The position numbers were made by a program, and so were the translations under genes. The notes beneath the pieces were generated by a model, which made no database searches, was not told the origin of the DNA, and saw only the letters and a program-made list of their open reading frames with translations. A DNA stretch of 64,000 nt from NCBI GenBank assembly GCA_023460235.1, contig JAEWRE010000083.1, positions 70,565-134,564 of the forward strand, read 5' to 3'. Positions within the stretch are counted from its first letter, which is position 1, and each line of letters begins with the position of its first letter. Shown here piece by piece: positions 10,093 through 19,840 of the stretch. Source of the stretch: Bacillota bacterium (GTDB lineage Bacteria > Bacillota > Clostridia > TANB77 > CAG-465).

Positions 10093-11028
10093 TTATATAT
10101 CAAATTTCAAATCAAAAATCATTTCTTGTTCTTGATCATATTCAAGTTTAAAATTTCTCCGTAAATAATGAATAAATTCTTTCATATTTTTTGATTCAAA
10201 CTCATTTACTAAAACGTATATAGCACCATTACAATCATTGCAAAATATGTTTATTTGTAATGCGCTAAGTAGTATTCCATTATATTGGTAAATCTGTTTT
10301 AAAATTTTAACACTTTGAATATTAGATAATTTTTTTATTGACTTTAATATTTCAAAAAATACACTGTTTCGAAAAGATATCTTAATAGTTTTATCTTCTT
10401 CAAAAAATACATTACTGCTAACATATTCATTTAAATTTAAAAGAAATATCTTAAATAATATTTTTCTAAAAGAAATCAAAAATGGGCTTTTAAACATCTT
10501 CTCACTCGTTTCTAATTCAGCTAATACCTTCGTTTCACTAGTATCAATTGATGGAATAAATATCTTTTCTACCCCTTTTCCATTTATTCCATGCATTCCA
10601 TAGGATAAATTACCTTTTACTCTAGAAAAAGCAGAAATTTCCCCAACATTTTTAAATTTGAAATTATAATATGATATTTTACATTCAAGAGTTGCTTTTC
10701 TATTAGACTTACCTAATTTTTTAATCTTATCTAAAAGAAAATTATTATTTATTCCATCTAATATTTTACTATCAATAGCATCGTCTTTCATATCATTATT
10801 ATAATATACTAATTCAAGACCAGACTCAGTAACTAGTTTTATTTCTACTTTAAACATAGAACAATGCAGATGTTCACAAATAGCCTTAAGACCAAATTTT
10901 GATGTTAGAAAATCATATTCAATATCACTTTTTTTTACTCTAATTACCAACATGTCTTTTAAAAACTTAGGATTAATATTGAATACAGAAAAAATATCAC
11001 TTATTTTTTTATCCCATTTTCCATACAC
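10093..11028 (-). CDS. hypothetical protein (311 aa, soluble, Lys/Asn-rich)
   Basis: Long ORF with consistent AT-rich codon usage and no recognisable motif. Sits between typA and the Cgs-like genes. Confidence 0.45.
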   Translation of the reverse strand: MYGKWDKKISDIFSVFNINPKFLKDMLVIRVKKSDIEYDFLTSKFGLKAICEHLHCSMFKVEIKLVTESGLELVYYNNDMKDDAIDSKILDGINNNFLLDKIKKLGKSNRKATLECKISYYNFKFKNVGEISAFSRVKGNLSYGMHGINGKGVEKIFIPSIDTSETKVLAELETSEKMFKSPFLISFRKILFKIFLLNLNEYVSSNVFFEEDKTIKISFRNSVFFEILKSIKKLSNIQSVKILKQIYQYNGILLSALQINIFCNDCNGAIYVLVNEFESKNMKEFIHYLRRNFKLEYDQEQEMIFDLKFDI

Positions 11029-11235
11029 TAAGGCATTTATAATTATCCCTCCCTCTCAATTAAAAAAGTGGTTTACAAGAATTTATAATATATTATTGTA
11101 TCAATATTTTATAAATGTATCAATATTTTTGCTAAAATTAGACAATATTATTTATTATTTTAACTGATATAAACACATAACAATTAATATTTTGTTTTAC
11201 AACCTCACTAATAACAATATTGAATTTCAAGTAAT

Positions 11236-11269
11236 ATTAAAAAATTCCCAGTTATATATAACTAGGAAT
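11236..11269 (-). terminator. rho-independent terminator after typA
   Basis: Minus-strand hairpin aattcctagttata/tataactgggaatt (14-bp stem with one G-U) followed by a U-run. Confidence 0.5.
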
Positions 11270-11281
11270 TTTAATTTATTA

Positions 11282-13093
11282 TTATTTTCTGCTTTCTCTG
11301 TTTCTTTGACTTGGATCAAGTGTTCTTTTTCTAAGTCTAATATTTATAGGTGTAACTTCAACAAGTTCATCATCAGAAATAAATTCAATTGATTGTTCCA
11401 ATGTAAGTTTTTTAGGTGGAACAAGTTTTAATGCATCGTCACTTCCAGATGCTCTTGTATTTGTTAAGTGTTTTTCTTTACATACGTTAATTGTTAAATC
11501 TTCACTTCTAGAGTTTTCTCCAACAATCATACCAACATAAACTTCTGTACCTGCGCCAATAAATAAAGCTGATCTTTCTTGTGCTTGGAAAAGTCCATAA
11601 GTAGTTGATTTACCTTGTTCAAATACTATAACTGCTCCTCTTTGACGAGTTACAATTTCTCCTCTATCTTTTTCATAACCTGCAAAGCTATGGTTCATAA
11701 TACCATTTCCTTTTGTATCAGTCATGAATTCTCCTCTGTAACCTATAAGACCACGAGCTGGAATTTTAAATTCAAGTCTTGTAAATCCTACTTGAGAATT
11801 TGAAGGCATCATGTTAGTCATTTCACCTTTTCTGTAACCTATTTTTTCCATAACAACACCAACATATTCTTCTGGTATATCTATTGTTAAGTTTTCCATC
11901 GGTTCGCATTTAACGCCATCAACTGTTTTAAATATAACTGTAGGACGAGATACTAATAATTCATATCCTTCTCTTCTCATATTTTCTATTAATATTGAAA
12001 GATGTAATTCACCTCTGCCTGATACCTTAAAACTATCAGCAGTATCAGTATCTTCAACTCTTAAAGATACATTAGTTTCTAACTCTTTATATAGTCTATC
12101 TCTTATGTGTCTTGAAGTAATTAATTTCCCTTCTTTACCTGCAAAAGGTCCATTGTTTACACTAAATGTCATAGAAACAGTTGGTTCATCAATATCAACA
12201 AATTCAACTGGTTCTGGGCTATTAGGGTCTGCAATTGTTTCACCAATGTTTATACCTTCTACACCGTTTACTGCAACAATATCACCACAATATGCTTCTT
12301 CAACTTCTACTCTTTTAAGACCTGAGTATGTGAATAATTTTCCAATTTTTATATTTTGAATGCTACCGTCTTTTTTGCAAAGTGCAACTTGTTGAGCATT
12401 TTTAATTGTTCCTCTAGTTATTCTACCAATACCAACTCTTCCTGTATATTCATCAGAGTCAATATTTGTAACTAATAATTGTAAAGGTTCATCTTTATCA
12501 CCCTTAGGTTCTGGAACAGTATTTATAATTGTATCAAATAATGGTTGCATATCACTATTATCATCTTCAAGTGATAATCTTGCAAATCCATTTTTTCCTG
12601 ATGCATAAACAACTTTAAAATCAAGCTGTTCATCACTAGCATTTAAGTCCATGAAAAGCTCTAAAACTTCATCTACAACTTCAACTGGTCTTGCACCTGG
12701 TCTATCAATTTTATTTACAACAACTATAGGTACTAAATCTAAAGCTAAAGCTTTGCTTAGAACGAATCTTGTTTGAGGCATTGGTCCATCAAAAGCGTCT
12801 ACTAAAAGTACAACACCATCTACCATTTTTAATACTCTTTCAACTTCTCCACCAAAATCAGCATGCCCTGGAGTATCAACTATATTTATTTTTATATCTT
12901 TATACTGTATAGCAGTATTCTTAGATAATATTGTTATTCCTCTTTCTTTTTCAATATCATTTGAGTCCATAACACGTTCTGCAACTTGTTCATTTTCTCT
13001 AAATGTTCCACTTTGTCTAAGTAGTGCATCAACTAAAGTAGTTTTACCATGATCAACGTGAGCTATTATGGCTACATTTCTTAAATTTTTCAT
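11282..13093 (-). CDS. typA: translational GTPase TypA/BipA
   Basis: 603 aa. G1 AHVDHGKTT, G3 DTPGH, G4 NKID. EF-G-like domain order without domain IV. Confidence 0.95.
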   Translation of the reverse strand: MKNLRNVAIIAHVDHGKTTLVDALLRQSGTFRENEQVAERVMDSNDIEKERGITILSKNTAIQYKDIKINIVDTPGHADFGGEVERVLKMVDGVVLLVDAFDGPMPQTRFVLSKALALDLVPIVVVNKIDRPGARPVEVVDEVLELFMDLNASDEQLDFKVVYASGKNGFARLSLEDDNSDMQPLFDTIINTVPEPKGDKDEPLQLLVTNIDSDEYTGRVGIGRITRGTIKNAQQVALCKKDGSIQNIKIGKLFTYSGLKRVEVEEAYCGDIVAVNGVEGINIGETIADPNSPEPVEFVDIDEPTVSMTFSVNNGPFAGKEGKLITSRHIRDRLYKELETNVSLRVEDTDTADSFKVSGRGELHLSILIENMRREGYELLVSRPTVIFKTVDGVKCEPMENLTIDIPEEYVGVVMEKIGYRKGEMTNMMPSNSQVGFTRLEFKIPARGLIGYRGEFMTDTKGNGIMNHSFAGYEKDRGEIVTRQRGAVIVFEQGKSTTYGLFQAQERSALFIGAGTEVYVGMIVGENSRSEDLTINVCKEKHLTNTRASGSDDALKLVPPKKLTLEQSIEFISDDELVEVTPINIRLRKRTLDPSQRNRESRK

Positions 13094-13305
13094 TTTTATC
13101 TTCCTTCCTATAAATTAAACGTAAAAATTAATGTAAAAAATAAATAACCTAAATAATATGATAGTTAGGCTATACAATAATTACATAACATCTCATAATA
13201 TTTTACACTAATATGATCAATTTGTCAACCAAAATAGAGAAATTTGTCATATATATTTTTATATTATTATGCTTATGTTTATAAATAATATTAATTTTAT
13301 AAAAA

Positions 13306-13340
13306 AAGAAACTTAAGATACATAATATCCTAAGTCTCTC
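13306..13340 (-). terminator. putative terminator after the SSB-like gene
   Basis: Imperfect hairpin gagacttagga...tcttaagtttc followed by a T-run on the minus strand. Confidence 0.35.
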
Positions 13341-13358
13341 TGCTATTTTTATTATAGA

Positions 13359-14015
13359 TTATAATTGTTCAAAAATTCCTTTTATAGAAAATTCATAAGC
13401 AGTCATTTTTTGAAACATGCCATCAATTTGTTTGTCATAAGTTCTAGATTGTAACCTGCCATCAAAATTTACCCGTTTACCTACTTCAAAATATTCATAA
13501 GGATCCCTTGCTAGATTTCCCCACATAATGCAGGGTATATAGTACGAATAACCCAAAATACTATTTACAGCTACTAAAACATCCCTAATTTCTCTTCCAA
13601 GTGGTGTTTTTCTATATTCTCCAAGCTTTACCGTTGTGCCAAATATTTCCCCTGAATTTGTAAACATATTAACAATTGTATTTGGGATAAAGGATTCCTC
13701 TATGTATTCTTCAACTTCACTTGCGAAGACATATATAAGTAATACCCTCTTTTTTCCATTAAACTTGTTCTCACTTCTAATTTCACCATCAATTATATAT
13801 TTATCCAATAATCGAGGTTTAATTTCTCTTAAAATATCAACTTTTATCCTTACTTGTAGCTTATCAATTGTAAGACTCTTCCGAAAAACATCAAATGTGA
13901 ACTCATAATAATGAAATTTATCTTTTTCATCATACCTAAGCTCAGGTTCACTCATTATTTGTCCAATGAGTGTAATCTCACTTTTATCCTCAAATACATT
14001 TTCTTTGTAGCTCAT
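13359..14015 (-). CDS. SSB-like OB-fold protein (two OB-like halves; C-terminal half resembles single-stranded DNA-binding protein)
   Basis: 218 aa. The C-terminal segment REIRDVLVAVNS...YYIPCIMWGNLARDPYEYFEVGKRVNFDGRLQSRTY follows the SSB OB-fold pattern (WGxLA..., xGRLqxRxY). There is no acidic C-terminal tail. Confidence 0.45.
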   Translation of the reverse strand: MSYKENVFEDKSEITLIGQIMSEPELRYDEKDKFHYYEFTFDVFRKSLTIDKLQVRIKVDILREIKPRLLDKYIIDGEIRSENKFNGKKRVLLIYVFASEVEEYIEESFIPNTIVNMFTNSGEIFGTTVKLGEYRKTPLGREIRDVLVAVNSILGYSYYIPCIMWGNLARDPYEYFEVGKRVNFDGRLQSRTYDKQIDGMFQKMTAYEFSIKGIFEQL

Positions 14016-14248
14016 ACAGTTCCTCCTTTAGTGTAATAAATAATTATACTTATCATTATACAAAATTGTTACAATATAAATTGTATATCAATCAAATATT
14101 TTAGTCAAATAGTTTTTAGAATTTCGACAGAATGCAACATTATTTGCAAATAGTTGTTTTTTTATGTAAATTGTGTTATAATAATTTTGTAACATTAATC
14201 CATTATATCTTGTTTATATTAAAATAAAGAGAAAAGAGGAATTTATTC

Positions 14249-14452
14249 ATGACTAAAAAAGATAAAATGACACCAGCAATATTCATATCTATATTTATTT
14301 CTTCACTTTCAATATTAATTTCTATCACCAGTTTTGTAATATTTAACTGCATTAATCAAGATTCAACATTAACTGAAAAACAAAACAATATAAATGAGGA
14401 AATAGTAGCAGAAGCACATTGCACAGATCATTTTCAATTTATCTACAAATAA
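14249..14452 (+). CDS. small membrane protein (67 aa, one TM helix)
   Basis: RBS AAAGAGGAA 7 nt upstream of the ATG. An extended -10 TGTTATAAT lies upstream. Ends at a strong bidirectional terminator. Confidence 0.35.
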   Translation: MTKKDKMTPAIFISIFISSLSILISITSFVIFNCINQDSTLTEKQNNINEEIVAEAHCTDHFQFIYK

Positions 14453-14459
14453 AATAAAA

Positions 14460-14510
14460 ACACCTTTAAAATATTATCCAAATTTAGATAACGTTTTAAA
14501 GGTATTTTTT
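14460..14510. terminator. bidirectional rho-independent terminator
   Basis: acctttaaaa / ttttaaaggt 10-bp stem with T-runs on both sides. Sits between the convergent 14249..14452(+) and plsC(-). Confidence 0.55.
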
Positions 14511-14514
14511 ATAA

Positions 14515-15126
14515 TTAAATGTTTACATTTAGATTATATATTATATCAACCAAATTAATAGAAAATTCTTTTAATTTTTCTTTATCTTTAGCAATTTCAT
14601 CAGTAACATATATAGGTTTTCCATATATAATTTTGACTTTAGAAAATAATTTTGCATTTTTTGATATATATACAGGAACAATTGGAACATTTGCCTTATT
14701 TGCAATAAATGCTGGGCCAGTTTTTCCAACTCCACGCTCCACATTTCTTTTTATTCTATGTCCTTCTGGGAAAATCAATAATTTCTTTTTTCCATCACCT
14801 TCAAAAAGATTTATAGCATGCATTATGCTTTTTATATCTTTTTCACCTCTATGTATTGGAAATACATCAAAAAAATTATATATTTTTGCAATAATTGGAT
14901 TTTTAAATAATTCAGCTTTTGCCATAATGTTTACACCTTGTGTTCTTGCATATATCCATGCAGGCTCAACAGTGTTTGAATGATTTGGACATATAATACA
15001 TTTATCCAAATTTTCTTCATTTTGCTTATTTATAAATTTAACTCTATATAATATTTTGCAAAATACAATATATATAATTCCTTTTACTAAATTTTGAAAA
15101 AACTTTTTCATATTAAGCAATTTCAA
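14515..15126 (-). CDS. plsC: 1-acyl-sn-glycerol-3-phosphate acyltransferase
   Basis: 203 aa. Acyltransferase motifs PNHSNTVEP (HX4D-like block) and FPEGHR (FPEGTR block). Overlaps the 3' end of cmk. Confidence 0.75.
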   Translation of the reverse strand: MKLLNMKKFFQNLVKGIIYIVFCKILYRVKFINKQNEENLDKCIICPNHSNTVEPAWIYARTQGVNIMAKAELFKNPIIAKIYNFFDVFPIHRGEKDIKSIMHAINLFEGDGKKKLLIFPEGHRIKRNVERGVGKTGPAFIANKANVPIVPVYISKNAKLFSKVKIIYGKPIYVTDEIAKDKEKLKEFSINLVDIIYNLNVNI

Positions 15127-15799
15127 CCCTTTCTTTTAGTAGGTCAATAACTATACTTGTTGTCTCTTCTATTGTAAGTGAAGATGTATCTACTTCTATT
15201 GCATCATCTGCTTTTTTTAAAGGAGATTCTTTTCTTGTAGTATCTTGAATATCTCTATTAATAAGTTCTTGTTCTAACTCTTCTAAATTTATAACATTTC
15301 CTTTTGCTTCTAATTCTTTTTTTCTTCTTAATGCTCTTACTTTTGTAGATGCTGTAAGAAATATTTTAAGATCAGCATTTCTAAAGACTACCGTACCAAT
15401 GTCTCTCCCATCGAGTACGACACTTGAAACTTCTCCCATTTTTCTTTGCTGATAAACCATTTTATCTCTTATACATTTATATTTTGAAATATTTGATGCT
15501 CCCATTGAAACTTCATTTTCTCTTATTCTTTCTGATACATCAATATTATTTAAATATACTTTCATTGACTCATTTTCATATTTTATATTAATGTTAAGTT
15601 CATTTACAAATTTAATTGCATTTTCTTCATTAATCTCTATATTATTATTTAAAAAATATACTGCACATGCCCTATACATTGCACCTGTGTCAATATATGT
15701 TATTCCTAATTTTTTTGATATAGCTTTTGCAAGTGTTGACTTTCCTGATGCAGATGGTCCATCAATTGCAATAATATAATTTTTGCTCATTTTTATCAC
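15113..15799 (-). CDS. cmk: cytidylate kinase
   Basis: P-loop IAIDGPSASGKST followed by a CMP-binding region. Typical Cmk length. Confidence 0.9.
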   Translation of the reverse strand: MIKMSKNYIIAIDGPSASGKSTLAKAISKKLGITYIDTGAMYRACAVYFLNNNIEINEENAIKFVNELNINIKYENESMKVYLNNIDVSERIRENEVSMGASNISKYKCIRDKMVYQQRKMGEVSSVVLDGRDIGTVVFRNADLKIFLTASTKVRALRRKKELEAKGNVINLEELEQELINRDIQDTTRKESPLKKADDAIEVDTSSLTIEETTSIVIDLLKERVEIA

Positions 15800-15894
15800 C
15801 TTTTATCTTCCCTCTATTTATTTTTAATCTAAAATATGATATCATATATATTAGAAAAAGTAAAGAAAAAAAGATTATAAAGAGGTGAAAAACC

Positions 15895-16422
15895 ATGGCA
15901 AGAGATTTAGAGATATTTGACAATAAGATAATAGTTTTATATATATTAGAAAATTCTACAAAACCACTAACAGTACCACAAATTGCAAAGTTTTGTGAAG
16001 AATTTGAAGATATAACCTATTTTGATATTTGTGGTTATATTGAAATTTTAAAATCAAACAATTACATTGATGAAATTTTTGAAGGTGGAAATACTTTATA
16101 TAAATTAAAAGAACACGGGAGTGCTACTCTAAAAGAATTACTTGAATTAATACCAGGCGTTAACTTATATAATTTAAAGAAAATAATAAATAAAAATGTG
16201 GCAGAAATAAAGACAGAATATGATATTGATACTATAATTATACCAATAAAATCAGAAGAATACAAAGTGTCATGTTATATAAAAGATGGAAATGATGAGC
16301 TAGTTAATATTTCAATATATGCTGGTGATAAAGCTCAAGCTAAGAAAATTTCTAAAAATTGGACTAATAATGCTGAAGAAATATATTCAAAATTACTTGA
16401 AATGATAACAAAGGATGAATAG
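15895..16422 (+). CDS. hypothetical cytoplasmic protein (175 aa)
   Basis: Good RBS context (aagaggtgaaaaaccATG). Own terminator downstream. No confident domain assignment. Confidence 0.45.
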   Translation: MARDLEIFDNKIIVLYILENSTKPLTVPQIAKFCEEFEDITYFDICGYIEILKSNNYIDEIFEGGNTLYKLKEHGSATLKELLELIPGVNLYNLKKIINKNVAEIKTEYDIDTIIIPIKSEEYKVSCYIKDGNDELVNISIYAGDKAQAKKISKNWTNNAEEIYSKLLEMITKDE

Positions 16423-16490
16423 GTTATTAGGTTGATTTATATATCATTAAAAAAATGTTTTAATGTTAATTTAATTTTCATTTTACACAA

Positions 16491-16522
16491 AAAAGTGCTT
16501 ATAATTTCTAAGCACTTTTTTA
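16491..16522 (+). terminator. rho-independent terminator
   Basis: aagtgctta / taagcactt stem followed by TTTTTTAT. Confidence 0.55.
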
Positions 16523-16590
16523 TATTTACTTATTTAGATTATTCTTAAATTTTAATAAATTCATAAAAATAGTTTTAATTATTAAATATT

Positions 16591-16644
16591 AATTCGATTA
16601 ATAATAGAATCTAGAATCTAAAAATTCGATTTATAATCGAATTT
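16591..16644. promoter_or_regulatory. operator-like repeats abutting the serS -35: palindrome AAATTCGAT-ttata-ATCGAATTT plus an upstream third half-site AATTCGATT and a TAGAATC direct repeat
   Basis: Perfect 9-bp inverted repeat at 16622-16644 that ends 3 nt before the serS -35 hexamer. Another half-site copy at 16591-16599. TAGAATCTAGAATCTA at 16608-16621. Confidence 0.3.
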
Positions 16645-16647
16645 TAC

Positions 16648-16676
16648 TTGAATTTTCTAATATATTATAATATAAT
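16648..16676 (+). promoter_or_regulatory. sigma-A promoter of serS (TTGAAT -17- TATAAT)
   Basis: TTGAAT at 16648-16653, 17-nt spacer, TATAAT at 16671-16676, about 32 nt before the serS ATG. Confidence 0.45.
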
Positions 16677-16708
16677 AAAGTGTATTGATAATATGAGGAG
16701 TGAATTTT

Positions 16709-17986
16709 ATGTTAGATATAAAATATATTAGAGAAAATAGTAGTTTAGTTAAAGAAGCTGCTGTAAATAAGTTAGTAAATATTGATATTGATAGATTACT
16801 TCAAGTTGACGAAAAACTTCGTGAATTAAACCAAGAAGTAGATGTATTAAGAGAAGAAAGAAATAAATTATCAGGTATAATACCTACTCTATCTGGTGAA
16901 GAAAAACAAAATCAAATAAATTACGTAAAAGACTTAAAAGATAAAATTGCTACAATCGATGAAAAAATTTCTCCTGTTAAAGAAGAATTTGATTCTTTGA
17001 TGTATCAAGTTCCTTCTGTTCCATTTGATGAAGTTCCTCTTGGAAAAACAGATGAAGAAAATGTTGAAATAAAAAAAGTTGGAGAAATTCCTACGTTTAA
17101 TTTTGAAATTAAAGATCATATAGATTTAGCAGAATCTCTTGATTTAGTAGACGTACCAAGAGCTGTTAAAATTGCTGGTTCAAGATCTTACTTTTTAAAA
17201 AATGAAGCTGTATTACTTGAAATGGCTTTAGCTAGATATGTAATTGATAAGTTAATGAAAAAAGGATTTGTACCTATGGAAGTTCCCGTTATGGTTAAAG
17301 AACAAGCTATGTATGGAACTAGTTACTTTCCTGGTGGACGAGATCAAGCTTATGCTATAACAGAAGATGAACTTTATTTAGTTGGTACTTCTGAAGTTGC
17401 AATGGTTTCATATCACAGTGGTGAAACTTTCGAAAGTACTGAAGTATTACCTAAAATGTATTGTGGATATTCAAATTGTTTTAGACGTGAAGCTGGTACT
17501 TATGGAAAAGATACTAGAGGATTATATCGAGTTCATCAATTTACAAAAATTGAACAAGTTATACTTTGTGAAGCAGATTATGATAAACAATATGCTCTTC
17601 ATGATTTCTTATTAAATAATGCAGAAGAAATTATGCAGGATTTAAAAATACCTTATAGAGTTGTAAAAGTTTGTACTGGTGATATGGGTCTTGGTCAAGT
17701 AAGAAAACATGATATTGAAGCATGGATGCCGAGTCGTGGAAAATATAGTGAAACTCATTCTTGCTCTTCATTTAATGATTTCCAATCAAGAAGAAGTAAT
17801 ATAAAATACAAAGATAAAAATGGAGAGACAAAATATTGTTATACTTTAAACAATACTGCTATTGCATCACCTAGAATACTTATTCCATTACTTGAATTAT
17901 ATCAAAATGAAGATGGTACAGTTAATATACCAGAAGTTTTAATTCCATATATGGGTGGTATGACAAAAATAGAAAAGAAAAAATAA
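16709..17986 (+). CDS. serS: seryl-tRNA synthetase
   Basis: Class II aaRS motifs with an N-terminal coiled-coil arm. Begins MLDIKYIRENS with AGGAG 7 nt upstream. The ORF table starts 3 codons earlier at GTG 16700. Confidence 0.95.
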   Translation: MLDIKYIRENSSLVKEAAVNKLVNIDIDRLLQVDEKLRELNQEVDVLREERNKLSGIIPTLSGEEKQNQINYVKDLKDKIATIDEKISPVKEEFDSLMYQVPSVPFDEVPLGKTDEENVEIKKVGEIPTFNFEIKDHIDLAESLDLVDVPRAVKIAGSRSYFLKNEAVLLEMALARYVIDKLMKKGFVPMEVPVMVKEQAMYGTSYFPGGRDQAYAITEDELYLVGTSEVAMVSYHSGETFESTEVLPKMYCGYSNCFRREAGTYGKDTRGLYRVHQFTKIEQVILCEADYDKQYALHDFLLNNAEEIMQDLKIPYRVVKVCTGDMGLGQVRKHDIEAWMPSRGKYSETHSCSSFNDFQSRRSNIKYKDKNGETKYCYTLNNTAIASPRILIPLLELYQNEDGTVNIPEVLIPYMGGMTKIEKKK

Positions 17987-17995
17987 ACACTTTTT

Positions 17996-18027
17996 AGAGA
18001 GATACCTACTAAAATGGTATCTCTTTT
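17996..18027 (+). terminator. hairpin between serS and engB (terminator/attenuator)
   Basis: agagagatacc / ggtatctct stem then TTTT. The engB RBS follows directly. Confidence 0.4.
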
Positions 18028-18047
18028 GAAAATGAAAGGAAGAAAAA

Positions 18048-18629
18048 ATGTTTAATAATATGAAATTTATAACTTCAGTTTTTACTAAAGATAAAATAGT
18101 TCAAACTGATTTAAAACAAATAGTATTAGTTGGTAAATCAAATGTTGGTAAGTCTTCATTTATAAATTCCATTGCAAATCAAAAAAGGCTTGCCAAGGTT
18201 GGTCAAACTCCTGGAAAAACTAAATGTCTTAATTATTATTTAGTAAATGATAATTTCTATATAGTAGATTTACCGGGATATGGATATTCAACTATGTCTG
18301 CTACAGAAAAGAAAAATACTGCTGAGTTGATTGAAAAGTATATTACTAACAATCAAAATATAGCTCATATATTTTTCTTAGTTGATATACGTCATAAACC
18401 GACTGCTAATGATAGAGATATGTATGATTGGCTTTTAAGTAAGCAAATAGATTTTTCAATTGTTGCAACTAAAGCAGATAAAATAGCAAAGACTAAAGTT
18501 GATTCTTATCTTATGGATATAACTAAAACGTTATTTGCAAAAGAAGAAATACTGCCTTTTTCAAATGAAACAAAATTAAATGTTGATACTATTGAAAAAA
18601 TAATAATAGAAAAAATAAGTAATGAGTAG
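18048..18629 (+). CDS. engB: ribosome biogenesis GTP-binding protein YsxC/EngB
   Basis: G1 GKSNVGKSS, G3 DLPGYG, G4 TKADK. EngB-like length. Confidence 0.85.
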   Translation: MFNNMKFITSVFTKDKIVQTDLKQIVLVGKSNVGKSSFINSIANQKRLAKVGQTPGKTKCLNYYLVNDNFYIVDLPGYGYSTMSATEKKNTAELIEKYITNNQNIAHIFFLVDIRHKPTANDRDMYDWLLSKQIDFSIVATKADKIAKTKVDSYLMDITKTLFAKEEILPFSNETKLNVDTIEKIIIEKISNE

Positions 18630-18650
18630 TAATAAAACTACTCATTACTT
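18617..18650. terminator. bidirectional hairpin terminator
   Basis: Perfect 13-bp inverted repeat aagtaatgagtag / ctactcattactt with an 8-nt loop, between convergent genes. Confidence 0.55.
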
Positions 18651-18658
18651 AATTTAAT

Positions 18659-19201
18659 TTATTCTCGTATACTTCTTTCTCTTCTTAAGCTTTTTATTTT
18701 CTTATTCATATAAAACACACCAATTATAAGTAAAATACTAACTACTAAGCATGCAATGCTTGCTGTAAGTGAAACTGAATTTTTTGTTTTTAAATATGAT
18801 CCAAAATTATTACTAGAGTTAATTATATTAAGTGGTAGTGGTATAGCCAATATTATTTTAATATTATTATATTGTTTTATTTTCATATCCAAATCAGAAA
18901 AAAGTTCAAATTCTCCATCAGCAGACTTTTTTCTAAGATATATCCAATTTGACATTGTAGCTACATGCTCTATACCAAGTTCTTCTAAAAACTTTATATA
19001 TTTAATATTTTCTATATTTGATGGTGAACTATCTAGTAATTGTATTCTATATGTATATTCGCCGTCTTTACCATCTTCAAATGTATACTTCATAAAATTA
19101 ACTGAAACAAGTTGTAGTCCTATTGCAGACATCTCATTTAACCAATTTTCTTCTTTTTCATATTCCCATGAAAAAAACCATTTATATTTAACGTATTTCA
19201 C
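18659..19201 (-). CDS. DUF2812-like membrane protein (PadR-associated)
   Basis: 180 aa with a C-terminal TM helix. Translationally overlaps the upstream PadR gene by 1 nt, the usual PadR/DUF2812 pairing. Confidence 0.55.
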   Translation of the reverse strand: MKYVKYKWFFSWEYEKEENWLNEMSAIGLQLVSVNFMKYTFEDGKDGEYTYRIQLLDSSPSNIENIKYIKFLEELGIEHVATMSNWIYLRKKSADGEFELFSDLDMKIKQYNNIKIILAIPLPLNIINSSNNFGSYLKTKNSVSLTASIACLVVSILLIIGVFYMNKKIKSLRRERSIRE

Positions 19202-19518
19202 TATTTTATACCCCCTATAACATCTTTACCATTTGCATATAGTTCTTTAAGCCTTTTTAACTCTCTTTCCATAACTTCCTTACCAGTTTCTGTAATTATA
19301 TATTCTTTTTTTCTAGACGTATCATCATCATTAAATAAAATTATCCATCTTTTAGCTAATAATGTATTTATGGCACCATATAAAGTGCCCGCAGCTAATA
19401 TAACCCTATTTTTGCTTAAAATCATAACATTTTGCATAATTCCATATCCATGATTAGGTTTATATAGTGATAAAAGTATATAATATACAGCTTCTGTTAG
19501 TGCAATATTTTCATTCAT
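19201..19518 (-). CDS. PadR-family transcriptional regulator
   Basis: 105 aa. Winged-HTH PadR signature (YYILLSL...HGYGI...LYGAINTLL). Confidence 0.8.
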   Translation of the reverse strand: MNENIALTEAVYYILLSLYKPNHGYGIMQNVMILSKNRVILAAGTLYGAINTLLAKRWIILFNDDDTSRKKEYIITETGKEVMERELKRLKELYANGKDVIGGIK

Positions 19519-19840
19519 TATATCTCCTTACGTTATATCGTTTAACGATATAACTATTATACATTAATTATATCTACTAGTCAACATATTTATAACAAAA
19601 AGTAAAATAAAATTATAAAAATGGAAATATATAAAATATTCCTATCTTTATAATCTTTAATTTTATGATTAACTTTTTATTATTGAGTGTCTTGCAATTC
19701 TCCTCTTTATTTTCAAATCTTGGATTAAATTTATGTAAAATAAAGGGTGCTTGTTGCAATTTATTAGCACTTAATTAATAATTCTTGTATAAAATAAAAG
19801 ATAGTAATTTTTTTACTATCTTTTAACTAACTAATATTAT

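Noticed and set aside
16441-16708. T-box riboswitch upstream of serS
   Set aside because: No specifier-loop/T-box consensus (AGGGTGGNACCGCG) or antiterminator structure is present. There is only a promoter and palindromic repeats.
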